Positions 11,804 to 25,050 are shown, counted from the stretch's first letter. The stretch: DNA of 64,000 nt from Octopus vulgaris (GCA_951406725.2 OX597825.1:23436001-23500000), one strand, 5' to 3'. The notes: generated by a model from the sequence alone, not told the origin. Made by a program: numbers and translations.

Positions 11804-12003
11804 GGAGATGTACCTGCATAGCAAGTGATTTGATCTGAGATCGTGTGCTGAAACGAAAACAATTGCAGCATGGAAGGTGTTTGTAAGTCATTTAAGAAAC
11901 ACACAAAAGCTGTTCGATTCACTTCAACATTTAAGTTTAATTTGTCAAAATATTTTCTTCGCTTTAAGACCGCGACCTGTTCACTGACAAAAATCCATGC
12001 TGC
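11804..12003 (-). mobile_element. ~200-bp retroelement (Penelope pLTR/retrozyme-like) carrying a G3-C8 variant hammerhead fold
   Basis: Flanked by the 11-bp direct repeat ATTTCAATTTT (11793-11803 and 12004-12014). A second copy lies at 58910-59066. Confidence 0.75.
11941..11991 (-). ncRNA. Minimal type-I hammerhead fold with GUGAACA core (C3G/G8C)
   Basis: Minus strand: tttgtca-GTGAACA-g-gtcgc(ggtcttaaa)gcgaa-GAAA-atatt-t-tgacaaa. 7-bp stem I, 4/5-bp stem II, palindromic helix III AATATT. Confidence 0.65.
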
Positions 12004-12089
12004 ATTTCAATTTTATTATATATATGCTCATATATAGTGTGTGTGTGTGAGAGAGAGAGAGAGTGTATGTACGTGTGTGTGTGTGTACA

Positions 12090-12733
12090 GCAAAGATTAA
12101 GGTCCTAGCAAGCAAGAAAATCGACAGGACCCAGCTCTCTCCAAATCCCCAGGTAGGCGGCTCTGTTCGATTTGTAGGAAAGTTGTAGGTAGAAACTCTG
12201 TATGGTGTACCCAGTGTAAGCTATGGACACACAAATGGTGCAGTGGGTTAACAGGAAGGTTATCAGAGAAGATAGTTTTTACATGTGCGGAAGATGCACA
12301 GGATCCATATAAAAAATTTAGAGGGCTCGGGAAATTGATTCTCTCAAATGCCTTGATGGCTCCTTATAGGTAGTAGACAATGTCTGCTACTTAGGGGACC
12401 AAATTAACAGTGGGGGAGGATGCAGAGAGAGTGTGATAGCTAAAATAAGAATTGGATGGAGGGAATTCAGTGAGCTGTTACTTCTTCTGGCTATGAAAAG
12501 TTTCTCTCTCTAAATGAAAGGAAGATTGTATGATGCATGTATACAGACAGGTTGGTGTCAGGAAGAGCATCCAGCCGTAAAAACCCTGCCAAAACAGACT
12601 CAGAAATCTGGTGCAAACTCCCGCCTGGCCAGATCCTTTCAAACCATCCAACCCATGCCAGCATGGAAGGAGGATGTTAAACGATGATAATGATGATGAC
12701 GACGACGACGACAACGATGAGGATGATGATGAT
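12090..12733 (+). mobile_element. RTE-clade LINE fragment (PHD-like finger and RT C-terminus) joined to a 3' tail
   Basis: CSICRKVVGRNSVWCTQCKLWTHKWCSG, then CYLGDQINSGGGCRESVIAKIRIGW and KGRLYDACI, followed by the (GAT)n tail. Confidence 0.85.
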
Positions 12734-12896
12734 ATGTGTGTACACGCACACATACACACACTCTCACACAGATAGATAGAGATAGAGAGATAGATTGATA
12801 GATAGATAAATATATGTATATATATATATATATATATACACATTGTGTGTGTGTGTAAGTGGGTGAATGTTTGCATTGTGCGTCTTCATTTGATAT

Positions 12897-13114
12897 CTAT
12901 TTCTTTACTACTCACAAGGGGACAAACACGGACAGACATAGGTATTAAGTCGATTACATCGACCCCCAGTGCGTAACTGGTACTTAATTTATCGACCCCG
13001 AAAGGATGAAAGGCAAAGTCGACCTCGGTGGAATTTGAACTCAAATGTAACTGCAGACGAAATACGGCTACGCATTTCGCCCGGCGTGCTAACGATTCTG
13101 CCAGCTCACCGCCT
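12897..13114 (-). mobile_element. SINE family B
   Basis: Reverse complement of 6214-6452. Confidence 0.85.
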
Positions 13115-14149
13115 TACGATATCTTCATCTGATATCATTGAGTTAAGGATGGTGGTGATGTTTTGAAATTCTTCAATAAACAAATGTTTTGTAGTTTATC
13201 AGGTATTTGCTGACTACCGGCATGAAAGATACATTGCTTGAAAACCAAGTGGAATTAAGTGAATGCTGATGACAAGAAGTGTATCTGGTTGTACAAAACC
13301 TCTGCAAATCTTGTCTAACCCATGCCAGCATGGAAAACTGGATGTAAAAACTATGATAAACATGATATACATTCTGAAATGTCGTGCATAGTCACAGTAT
13401 GTATAAGATGGAGTGTGGTGGATTTATTTTCTATTATCTTCAGTAGGAAGCGGAATGAATCGTAATGTTTATAAATTTCTGTTGTGTAGACAGGAAATAG
13501 TTTCATTCAACACCTCAGGGAACTGAATTCTTTTTAACGTTTGTATATATCTTTAGCTATTGCCTCTGTATTTCTCTAGTGTTAAGTCTTGAAGAATTCA
13601 GTTTAGAAACGATTGCTGAAAGGAAAATCTAATAGCATTGTCTTTGAAGAATCCCTGATGGTAACATATCATCGGTAAACAAGTTTTTCCATCTATTATT
13701 TAACAGTTTTCTTTATTTCATTTATCGTGCCAATAATTTCTTTTCAAGATTCTAAACTTCTTTTCATTAACACTTTTCTCACTCTCTAATGGAGTTTCTT
13801 TATCATTTTGGCTTATTAGCAAATATTTAAAGTGTGATATGTATGAAAACTATTTTATCCGGAGAATACTAATAATATTAGAACGTTGCAGAAAAGAATC
13901 ACAAGACTCATTCTTCAAGTTGAGCCAAACAGTAGGGGACTTACACGTAGATCAAGACTTAGTTGGTTGGATAACATCTATAGTCTCAGATGGTCTCTCT
14001 TGGGAATCCAGTTGACAAGTGTAATGACAGTTGCTTCTGATAGGACCCTCTGAATGAGGTACCTGAAAACTGTTCCTCCATGGTTCTCTTAAAAATAGGG
14101 AGTTGAAAAGATGGCTGACTGGCTGGCTGGCTGGATGGATGGAGAAGTA

Positions 14150-14370
14150 TACTCTCTCTTTTACTCTTTTACTTGTTTCAGTCACTTAACTGTGGCCATG
14201 CTGGAGCACCGCCTTTAGTCAAGCAAATCGACCCCGGGACTTATTCTTTGTAAGCCCACTACTTATTCTATCGGTCTCTTTTGCCGAACCGCTAAGTGAC
14301 GGGGACGTAAACACACCAGCATCGGTTGTCAAGCAATGCTAGGGGAACAAACACATACACACACACACAT

Positions 14371-14407
<37 letters not shown>

Positions 14408-14580
14408 CATATATACGACAGGTTTCTTTCAGTTTCTGTCTACCAAATCCACTCACAAGGTATTGGTTGGCCCGGTGTTATAGTAGAAGACACTTGCCCA
14501 AGGTGCCACACAGTGGGACTGAACTCGGAACCATGTGGTTGGTAAGCAAGCTACTTACCACACAGCCACTCCTGTGCCTA
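14150..14580 (-). mobile_element. SINE family A
   Basis: Reverse complement of family A. Confidence 0.9.
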
Positions 14581-14901
14581 TAGAATAATATATAAACTAT
14601 TTATCATTGTTTAAAATCCACTCTCCATGCTGGCATGGGTTGGACGGTTTGCCCTGGAGCTAGCTAGGAGCTGTCCAAACTCCAACTGTCTGTTGTGGCA
14701 CGGTTTCTACTGCTGGATGCTCTTCCTATTGCCAACCACTTAACACAGTGTGCTGGGTGCTTTTTATGTGTGATCGCCATGGGTGCATTTATGCTGTACT
14801 GACACAGGTGCGTTAATGCAGTATCAGTGTGGGTGCTTTTTAAGTGGCACCGGCATCTGAAAGGCCAAGCTTGTATGTGTGGAACACAACGATTATACTT
14901 A

Positions 14902-15135
14902 AAGGCGGCGAGCTGGCAGAAACGTTAGCACGCTGGACGAAATGCTTTACGGTATTTCGTCTGCTGTTACGTTCTGAGTTCAAATTCTGCCGAGGTCGAC
15001 TTTGCCTTTCATCCTTTCAGGATCGATAAATTAAGTACCAGTTTCGCACTGGGGTTGATGTAATCGGCTTAATCCGTTTGTCTGTCCTCGTTTGTCCCCT
15101 CTATGTTTAGCCCCTTGTGGGTAGTAAAGAAATAT
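14902..15135 (+). mobile_element. SINE family B inside a minus-strand RTE 3' fragment (~14600-15340)
   Basis: Family B sequence flanked by RTE-tail-related sequence. Confidence 0.8.
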
Positions 15136-15686
15136 AATCTTAGCTTGACATGTCTTATCAAGTACAGCAAATCACCACATCTCCTGGTCCCTTGTCATTT
15201 ACTCTGTGAGGCCCAGCTTCCGAAAATCCTTTCTAACCACTTTGTCCCATGTTTTCTTAGGTTGACACCTTCCACAAGTAACTTCCATCATTAGAGATCG
15301 GCACTTCTTTATGCAGCTGTCCTCATCCATACACATCGTGTAGATATTAAATTTTATCTACTCTATTCACTGATGAAATTAAAATGACCTTGCTTTGCTA
15401 GTGAAGTCTAACAAGACCCAAAATATATCCGTAGCTGATAACTTCTAACGAAGCTCATGTTTTTCCCCTTTAAGCATGGAAATTAAATTTTCTGTGAAAT
15501 TAGCTTTTAATTTTACGAAGTTATCTCATCCTTCTTTGAGAGTTGTTAACACTTTCCACTTGGCTTTTAGTTTTTTGTCTCCAGCTGAGAGAGAAAATTC
15601 AATTCATTGCAAATTTTTTGTCAATGTCATTCAGTATATTGCTTCCTACTTGATTAATATACAGCTAGAAGGAGGTGTCTACAGTC

Positions 15687-15724
<38 letters not shown>

Positions 15725-15799
15725 CTCATTTTATTAAAATTTTCTTTCATTTGAGCATTCTGCATTTTTAAAAAAAATTTTCAAAAAAAAATTTTTCCT

Positions 15800-15957
<158 letters not shown>

Positions 15958-15966
15958 ATGTATATA

Positions 15967-16297
15967 CACAGGGTGCTGTGAATAAACAGTCATGTAAATT
16001 ACGCAAAAATGAAAATAACACTGACATCTCATTTTAACAGACATGTTTACCAAAATTACATAAAACTATCCTGAAATACTAATGAGTAAATCTATTCAAT
16101 AAAATCGCCATTGGCTTCAACCATGGCCTCTAGATGACTTCAGAATCTACTGCTACTCTTCTGGATGGTCTCCTTCTTTAAGTTGGTGAATGGCGCCATA
16201 ATCCTTGCCTTCAGTTCATCTTTGGTGTTACAAGAAGTTTTGTGGATCTCTCATTCAACTGCACACCACACATAATAATCAAGAGGGTTGCAGTCTG
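15967..16297 (-). mobile_element. Tc1/mariner transposase C-terminal remnant with one terminus
   Basis: Minus strand reads DCNPLDYYVWCAVE*EIHKTSCNTKDELKARIM...LEAMVEANGDFIE (SPDLNPLD-like motif). The CAGGGTG terminus abuts a TA tract. Confidence 0.85.
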
Positions 16298-16334
16298 TAG
16301 TTACTATTTTTATCGTGAATTGTATTTACACAAG

Positions 16335-16461
16335 ATTCCTTATAACCTTAACCAACATTAGAGCTCGTGTGAAAACTGACAGTACCAAGCTAAAAGAGAA
16401 GATTAAAACACTCAAAGCAAATATTTCCGAGATGAAGCAAGTATATCTACAAAATGCAGAG
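16335..16461 (+). CDS. Internal coding exon of an unidentified host gene, coiled-coil-like (phase 2 to 0)
   Basis: acacaAG|A TTC CTT...GCA GAG|GTAAGT (consensus donor). Encodes FLITLTNIRARVKTDSTKLKEKIKTLKANISEMKQVYLQNAE with heptad-like hydrophobic spacing. Not repeated in the window. Confidence 0.75.
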
Positions 16462-16543
16462 GTAAGTTCTGTTTTATTTGAAACAATAATGAAGATGTGA
16501 ATTTGTGGGAAAGTTATCTGAGATAAATGACTGTGGGACTAAA

Positions 16544-16811
16544 TCTCTCTATATATAAAGCTGAAGTTGTCTGTGTGTGGCAGGTTTGGTAGCCTTCAAC
16601 TAACACTATCTCCTCCGAGAACCTGCGGCGCAAGTTGACCAAAATTGAGAGTATGATAGAAGAAGGCTTGCTCTTCCTTCCGTAGAAGAAAAATTTCAAA
16701 TTGGACCACGTTAACACCAAAAATTATTTACATCATAAAGGTGCTTTTTTTCTATGAAAATCCCTATTTTTTACAATTTTTTGACTGCTGTGTCGCCATT
16801 TTTTGGTGTAT
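16544..16811 (+). mobile_element. Helitron H1, 3'-truncated
   Basis: A|TCTC start, matches the first ~270 bp of 3537-3928. Confidence 0.85.
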
Positions 16812-17859
16812 GTGATAGTATGAAAGTTTCAGGTGTCTTCAGAGAGTCAGAATCAAAATTCATCAAGAGCTACTTTCACTTCTTATTCCATAGAGTTTGT
16901 TAAAAAAACAAAACAAAACAAATGCCAGTACTTGCTGTTATTGTTGGTGTTGTTGTTGTTGTTTAGATGCAGGTTATTTCTGATGAAGTAGATCTAGGAA
17001 CTAGTGAAGGAGCCAAGGAGCCCGAGCTAACAAGGTGGCTGGAGTCAAAAGAATGCCTGAGGCAATGAAGGAGTTTGATTTGCTAGAAATAAGAGCTTAA
17101 CCCCCATCTTAAACAGTGCCAATGATATAGAGAGATTGTTTCATATGACTTAACCATACACTACATAAAATGGCTTTTTGTAATTGTCATCATTGTCTTC
17201 ATCATCATCATCATCATCATCATCATTTACTGTCCACTTGTCCATGCCTGCATGGGTCAGATGAAATTTGTTGAGGCAAATTTTCTATTGCTGTATGCCT
17301 TTCCCGTTGCCCAGCCCCTCACTTGTTTCCAAGTAAAGTAGCATTTACCATAGTTTCCCTGTATCTAGACATGTTTTCCCATGGAAGATTGGAAATGAGC
17401 AAATTGCTTGTAGGAAGGGTGGTGCTTGTTTTTCAACCATCACATGATATCAGGACAAGGGTACACCCAAACACATGCTCACACACACACACAAATGTGT
17501 GTGCACGCGCACATACACACACATTTAATGGGGCTCTTTTAGTTCCCATCTACCAAATAAGCTCATAAGGTTTGGTTGACCCAGGGCTATAATAAAAGAC
17601 ACTTTCCCAAAATGCCATACTTTACCTTAATACTTCATATTTTTGAGTTCAACCACACTTTCGATTAATTAATTTTTGTTCTACCATGGCTTTGATGACA
17701 TGGAAATTTTTGTTTTTTTGTTTTTATATTTATTTTGTAAGATTCTTGATCTATAATTGTGAACTGAAACAGATGTTGTATTCTGGGAGGGTAATTCTTT
17801 TCCAATAAGAAATGCATGCACCAGTTCTATTTCAATTCTTTTTATTATTATTACGGGTT

Positions 17860-18200
17860 AACTAGTACAAAACCAAAAAAGCAACACAGCACCTGCGACT
17901 TGTGCAAACATTGTTTTCATGCTGAGAACTGCTGAAGCATGGAATAAATTACCTCCATCAGTTGTTAGCTGTCAAGACACTACATCTTTCATAACTTCCT
18001 TGTTTTCTGAAATTCGCCAACAGTACACTTGATGCCCCCACCCCACCAACACACCATCTCATTTCTCCTTTTCTTTTAAAGACTTTTTCATTGTTCACTT
18101 CCTGTGCATATTCTATATACTGTTCCTACAGTTTTGGTTGCTTTTTCTGATTAGTTGTTGTTGTGCACCTGAACACTGTATACAATAAGTTCATTATTAT
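17860..18200 (+). mobile_element. CR1-like LINE 3' end
   Basis: AEAWNKLPPSVVSCQDTTSF, homologous to 3285-3536. Confidence 0.75.
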
Positions 18201-18355
18201 AGTAAACTAATTAACTAACTGATTGCTCAAGTGATTATTTGGCTGATCGATCAATCAGCTGGTTTGTCAGAGTCCTTTCACTGCTATTTGCAATCCCATC
18301 AGGGACATGTCCTTGCTATTCAAGGTTTGTCTTTTTGTCTCCAACTTTTTCTTAA

Positions 18356-18746
18356 TCTCTATATATTAAGCTGAAGTTGTCTGTGTGTGGCAGGTTTGGT
18401 AGTCTTCAACTCACACTATCTCCTCCGAGACCCTGCGGTGCAAGTTCACCAAAATTGAGAGTATGATAGAAGAAGGCTTGCTCTTCATTCCATAGAAGAG
18501 AAAATTCAAATTGGACCATGTTAACACCAAAAAATTATTTACATTAAAAAGGTGCTTTTTTTCTATGAAAATCCCTATTTTTTACGATTTTTTTATTGCT
18601 GAGTCGCTATTTTTCGGTGTATTTCAATCAGAAAAATGTTCACTTAAAGAGAATAACAAGCTACATAATGCAAAATTTTTACTTTTCAAAAATTCCAATT
18701 CTAAAGAGTTGAAACAAACCCGAGCAATGCCGAGCGATACAGCTAG
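18356..18746 (+). mobile_element. Helitron H1, full length
   Basis: A|TCTC...CCCGAGCAATGCCGAG...CTAG|T. Confidence 0.85.
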
Positions 18747-19435
18747 TACTATCTAAAGCACAACAATCTGTGGAGCTGGTGGAATCTTCTCCTGCATTGA
18801 ACACTGATTTATCACATGTAGTATTTTTGCATGTATAAATCTTTTTATACATGCTAGCAGAATTGTTGTTACCTTTTCAGTACTACTGCTCTTTAGAAAA
18901 ATTACACCAATTAAAAATTTACTTAGGAGGTTGTAACCATAAGTAATTAACCCTCTTAGCCATAAACAAAATAATACTGTATCAGTAACAAAATATGAAA
19001 CACATGCATATTGACTAATTTTCTGATGCTCTTTGTATCTATCTACAAATTGAACCAAAGTGGGAGGCTTTACGTGGTCATGCAATCTGCAAGATACAGC
19101 AGCCAAACCTCCTTCAAATCGTAGCTACATTCTTCGAAAGTGAGAATATATCGAGGTGGAGAAAGAAAGAGAAGCAGAGATAAAAATGAACTGATATCAC
19201 CAAGGAATGGATAGGTCAGTTGTTAGTGGAGACCTAATCAAGTTCTGGAACACAGCTGTTAGAAATGGAGAAACCTGGTGCGCAGTACATCATAACAGTA
19301 GCCCTGAGCTCTATCACAAGTTTGGGGCCCAACAGGAGAGAATATATATGTATATATATAAAAAAGTGTAATTACACATGGACTGTTGACAATGTTTTCC
19401 CCCTTCTTTTTTTTCCTTTGGACTTTCCTGTTTCC

Positions 19436-19472
19436 TGTTTCCGAAGAAGAGCTGTGCTTGAAATGTAAAACA
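19436..19472 (+). ncRNA. Degenerate minimal type-I hammerhead
   Basis: tgttt-CCGAAGA-a-gagc(tgt)gctt-GAAA-tgt-a-aaaca. 5-bp stem I, U4C core change, helix III ACGT decayed to ATGT. Confidence 0.55.
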
Positions 19473-19780
19473 TTTATTTTTGTTCCTGCTTAAGCGTCTT
19501 ATTAATACTTTGCATGTGCTACATCCCTCCAGTGTTGTGTTTTTCTTGTTGTCTTTTTTCTCCATTTTTAAAAGTTAACTATACATACATACATATACAC
19601 TCACACGCACACACACACACGCACACATACACACACACACACACACACACATACACACATATACATATCTCAGAAACACCTGTAAGACTATTTCATTATA
19701 AATATCTCAAAAACTCCTCACAGCCTTGGATTTGTTATTTCATTCTATCTAATATGTATATATATATATATATATACACT

Positions 19781-19874
<94 letters not shown>

Positions 19875-20617
19875 TACATACACATATATTCTTATACATT
19901 TGGATAGACAAACTCTTGGGTAGTTAAGGAATTACTCAAAAGTGTTATTAAGCAATAAAGTGTTGATGTCTCAACTTTGTTTCCATATCTTTGCTGATAC
20001 ATTCGTCGAATGTTTTTCAGTTTACCAATCTGTTATTTCTTGTCGGGTGGTCTCTTACAATCTTCGGGGCAGTTTATTATTTCATCAGATTGGATGACAA
20101 GACCAGCCAAAGTAGTTGCGCCATGTAATTTTGGGTTTTATATAATAATATGGACAATGGAAACTAATTATAGAAGAAAGTTCCCCAACAATGGTGGATG
20201 TAACGAAGAGGCCAGATTGATTTCTGACGGTCAGCATCCGAAGAATTTGTTAGAAGATTTGTGATTGAATTTAGTATAGCAGTGAAGTGTGTTATGCATG
20301 GTACATATCTCTATTGTTATTTCACTTGAAAACGTCGCAGAATAACAGGTCAGTGGGCAAATCATTTGCGATAAGTAATAAATGAAAGTGTGGAACGCAA
20401 TGAGGAAGAGACCATAATTTAGAATAATGGCTCATTACGGACGGACGGACGGACGTGGGCAAATACAAAGGAATTCTAGCTTACAAATAGCAAACTGTCT
20501 TCAAGTAAACATATTTATTTCATGGCTGTTTGTTTGTATGTGGTTTTTATAATCATGGCTTTACACATTCTGAAGACATGATTGTGTGTGTGGACCGGGG
20601 ATGAGGGAGGAGAGCAT

Positions 20618-20678
<61 letters not shown>

Positions 20679-20988
20679 AGAGTGGATTATGCAAAAGTCT
20701 TTTCGTGTGTGTGTGTGTGTGTGGTAAGGATTGGTTCAGTTAAGAATAATATTGCTGGCTATTGAAACTTTATAATGTTATTGATGAATTATTGGTTATT
20801 TCTCTCTTCGTCTCAGCTTGCCTTATTAGGACGGCGTGTGTGGTTTTTCTGGCTGGCTAGCTCTAACTATTTTTAGAGCATTGATGATGCAACTGACTGG
20901 ATTTAATGTGTGTGTGTATCTGTATATATACATACATTCATGCATACATACATACATACATACATACATACATACGTACACACACACA

Positions 20989-21034
<46 letters not shown>

Positions 21035-21095
21035 GTGTGTGTGTGTATATGTCTGAACACACACACACACATATATAATATATATGCACACATAT

Positions 21096-21510
21096 AGGTG
21101 CAGGAGTAGCTGTGTGGTAAGTAGCTTGCTTACTAACCACATGGTTCCGGGTTTGTTCCCACTGCATAGCACCTTGGGCAAGTTTCTTCTACTATAGCCT
21201 CTGGCCAACCAAAGCATTGTGAGTGGATTTGGTAGACAGAAATTGAAAGAAGCCCATTGTATATATATATATATATATAGATATACGTATATGTATGTAT
21301 ATATATGTATGTGTGTATATATGTTTGTCTCTCCGCCATTGCCTGTCAACCAATTCTGGTTTGTTTACATCCCCATAGTGGTTCGGCAAAAGAGGCCGAT
21401 AGAATAAGTACTAGGCTTACAAAGAATAAGTCCTCGGATCAGTTTGCTAGACCAAAAGCAGTGCTCCAGCATGGCTGCAGTCAAATGACTGAAACAAATA
21501 AAAGAATACA
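21096..21510 (+). mobile_element. SINE family A
   Basis: Family A head, core and tail. Confidence 0.9.
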
Positions 21511-21521
21511 TATATGTAAGT

Positions 21522-21553
<32 letters not shown>

Positions 21554-21680
21554 ATAGTGATAGATAGATCGATCAATAGATAGATAGACAGACAGACAGA
21601 CAACAAAAGAGAGAGAGAGAGTGATATGTGATATTCACAGTATGGTCAAGCACTCAAGATGTTTACTTTGCAACCATGAC

Positions 21681-22043
21681 AGGCACAGGAGTGGCTGTGT
21701 GGTAAGTAGCTTGCTAACCAACCACATGGTTCCGGGTTTGGTTCCACTGCATGGCACCTTGGGCAAGTGTCTTCTGCTATAGCCCCGGGCCGACCAATGC
21801 CTTGTGAGTGGATTTGGTAGACGGAAACTGAAAGAAGCCTGTCGTATATATGTATATATATGTATGTGTGTGTGTTTGTTTGTGTGTCTGTGTTTACGTC
21901 CCTGTCACTTAGCGGTTCAGCAAAAAGAGACCGATAGAATAAGTACTGGGCTTACAAAAAGAATAAGTCCCGGGGTCGAGTTGCTCGACTGAAGGCGGTG
22001 CTCCAGCATGGCCGCAGTCAAATGACTGAAGCAAGTAAAAGAG
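21681..22043 (+). mobile_element. SINE family A
   Basis: Family A head, core and tail. Confidence 0.9.
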
Positions 22044-23449
22044 TATGACATTCTGGGTTCGGTTGCGCCACATTGCATCTTGGGAAAATGTTATTTCCTA
22101 TAGCTTTGGGTCAATCTATGACTTGTAGTTGAAATTAGTCCGATTGAGAACTCGTATGACTCTACTACTGCTGACTTTCTACAACGACTGACTGTCTGAC
22201 TTTATAGTGGTCCTCATACAACTTTGTCATGTGGGAAGGGGCGTACCATCCCCACTACAGCAAAGGCTCATTTTCAACCATAATCATATCTTGGAGAGGA
22301 ACAGAACCAGCTAAGTTAACTCTCTGTAGACGAGACATATAAAGATGAGGTGTTCACAGTACATAATTTCACTGTATATAAATAAACCCATAGATTATAA
22401 TAGGATTTATCACTTTGACTTCGGGAACATGAGTAACCAGTTTTGGTTGAAATTACAGTAATTAATAAGATTCAATTTCAGTAAGTGAATGACAGGTTTG
22501 AACTTAATGGCACCAAAAGAATAAGAATTACAGAAGTAGATCAGCAGACATAGACTAAAATAGATGCAGACGTACACGTAATGCTCTGGATGGCATTGTA
22601 GTTTTCTCTTTTGAATACAAGAAGACTCTTGGTCTTCTTTTGTGATTATTTCAGCTGAAGTTTTCCCCCCAGATACTTTCTTTATTACATTGGTTCTCTC
22701 GTGTGTTTTCTTCATCTTTCTCTCTATCCTTCCAACTCTTTCTTCTCTCATTCTTTTCCCCGCAAACCGTTATGTATATTATGTCTATTTTAAAAGTAGC
22801 TTTGAGTCGTTACGTTGCTTGTAATTGGCTATTTTAACTGTCATATTTCACTGTACAATTCTCTCGGAAAACACACAAAAAAGAAAGCTGTGAAATACTT
22901 TAAATTTAGATCTTAACTATAATGGAATTCAGAGACTTAAACATATACTTGTGATATGATTTTGATTTGGAGAATTTCAAGTGCATCAAATGTTTACAAA
23001 CTTATTCCGATCCTCGTCAATATCTTGTTGCTAAGTTGCTGTCTGGTTTAGGCATGATTAAATTGTCTGTCTGTTATCTTTTATCTTTTATCTTTTACTT
23101 GTTTCACTCATTAGACTGTGGTCATGCTGGGGCACCACCCTTGAAGTGTTTGGTTGAACAAACCAATCCCGGTTGATAATTTTTCTTTTTAAGCCTGGTA
23201 CTTGTTCTGTTGATCTCTTTTGCCAAACTACTAAGTTAGTGGACACAAGCAAATCAACACTATTTGTTAAAAAGTGGGATACAAACACACACATACATGT
23301 GCATGCACACACACACATACTTACTCACTCAGTCACACTCACATACACACACACACATACATATACACTCACTCACACACTTACATGCACACACTCACTC
23401 ACACAATTACACACACACACACAATAAATATACTATATATATATATATC

Positions 23450-23845
23450 ATCATCATCATCTTCATCGTTTAACGTCCGCTTTCCATGCTAGCATGGGTT
23501 GGATGATTTGACTGAGGTCTGGCGAACCAGATGGCTGCACCAGACTCCAATCTGATCTGGCAGAGTTTCTACAGCTGGATGTCATTCCTAAGGCCAACCA
23601 CTCCGAGAGTATAGTGGGTGCTTTTACGTGCCACCGGCACGAGCTCCAGTTAGGTGGTACTAGCAACGACCACACTCAAATGGTGCTTTTTATGTGCCAC
23701 CTGCACAGGAGCCAGTCCAGCAGCACTGGCAATGACCTCACTCGAATGTTTTTTCATGTGCCACCAGCACAAGTGCCACTAAGGTGAAGCAGGTAACGAT
23801 CATTCTCAAATGATGTTTTTTATGTGCCACCGACACAGGTGCCAA
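23450..23845 (-). mobile_element. RTE-type 3' end with internal GTGCCAC subrepeats
   Basis: Reverse complement of the RTE tail family. Confidence 0.8.
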
Positions 23846-24619
23846 TATGTATATTTTTATTAGTATTTAGCAGAACTAACAGAGTGATTCAATGCCCTAG
23901 AGTTCAATGCGTTGGCACTTATCAAACTATAGTTTAATAGATTAATATATATGTATATATATATATATTAATGTATGTGTGTTTGTGTGTGTGTGTGTTT
24001 GTCTGTGTGTGCATATGTATGTATGTATGTATGAATATGATGGGCTTCCTTGAGTTTCCATCTACCAGATCCACTCATAAGGCTTTGCTTTACCCAAGGC
24101 TATAGTGGAAGACACTTGCCCACGGTGTCATCCAATAAAACTGGTTTGGAAGCAAGCTTCTTACCCACACAGCTATGCCCATATACCTATGTCACCTATG
24201 TTAATGTAATTATAATATTTACTTTAGTAAAATGACAGATCTGTTTCTGTACTGGCTGCTAAGGTAACAATCTGCTTCCCCGAGGGAAGACGCAAATCTG
24301 TGGTAAGTTGCACTCTATTTTCTCAGTAAACAAACCTGCCACTTTTCTGGTGTGAAAAATGAAAACATAAAATGTATTCGATATTAATTTAAAAGTGACA
24401 TAAAAAATGAGTACAGATTCCTTAAAGGCAACAAGAAACAATTTCAAAATCTAAACATGAATCTTTTCCAACAGTTGTAACCTACCAACATAACCAAAAT
24501 AGAAATAATTTACTCTTGATATGCGTTAATACAGTTTTTAATTCCAACCTTTCAGAGGGTTCTGAATATTAAAAAATAAATAAATAATAAAAAAGATTAA
24601 TAAATAAAAAAATGCACAC

Positions 24620-24787
24620 AGGTGAAGGAGTGGCTATGTGGTAAGTAGCTTGCTTACCAACCACATGGTTCTGGGTTCAGTCACACTGTGTTGTACCTTG
24701 GGCAAGTGTCTTATACTATTGCCTCGGGCAGACCAAAGCCTTATGAGTGGATTTGGTAGATGGAAACTGAAAGAAGCCTGTTGTGTG

Positions 24788-24819
<32 letters not shown>

Positions 24820-25050
24820 TATGTATATATTTGTGTGTCTATGTTTGTACCTCCCCCAATCGCTTGACAACCGATGTTGGTGTGTTTACATCCCTCCAAC
24901 ATAGCGGTTTCAGCAAAAAGAGATTGATAGAATAAGTACTAGGATTACAAAAGAATAAGTCCTGGGGTTGATCTGTTCGGTTAAAGGCAGCACTCCAACA
25001 TGGCCACAGCCACAGTCAAATGACTGAAACAAATAAAAGAATAAAAGAAT
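24620..25050 (+). mobile_element. SINE family A
   Basis: Family A head, core and tail. Confidence 0.9.

Noticed and set aside
20010-20264. 84-aa ORF as an exon
   Set aside because: No recognisable motif and only weak splice sites.
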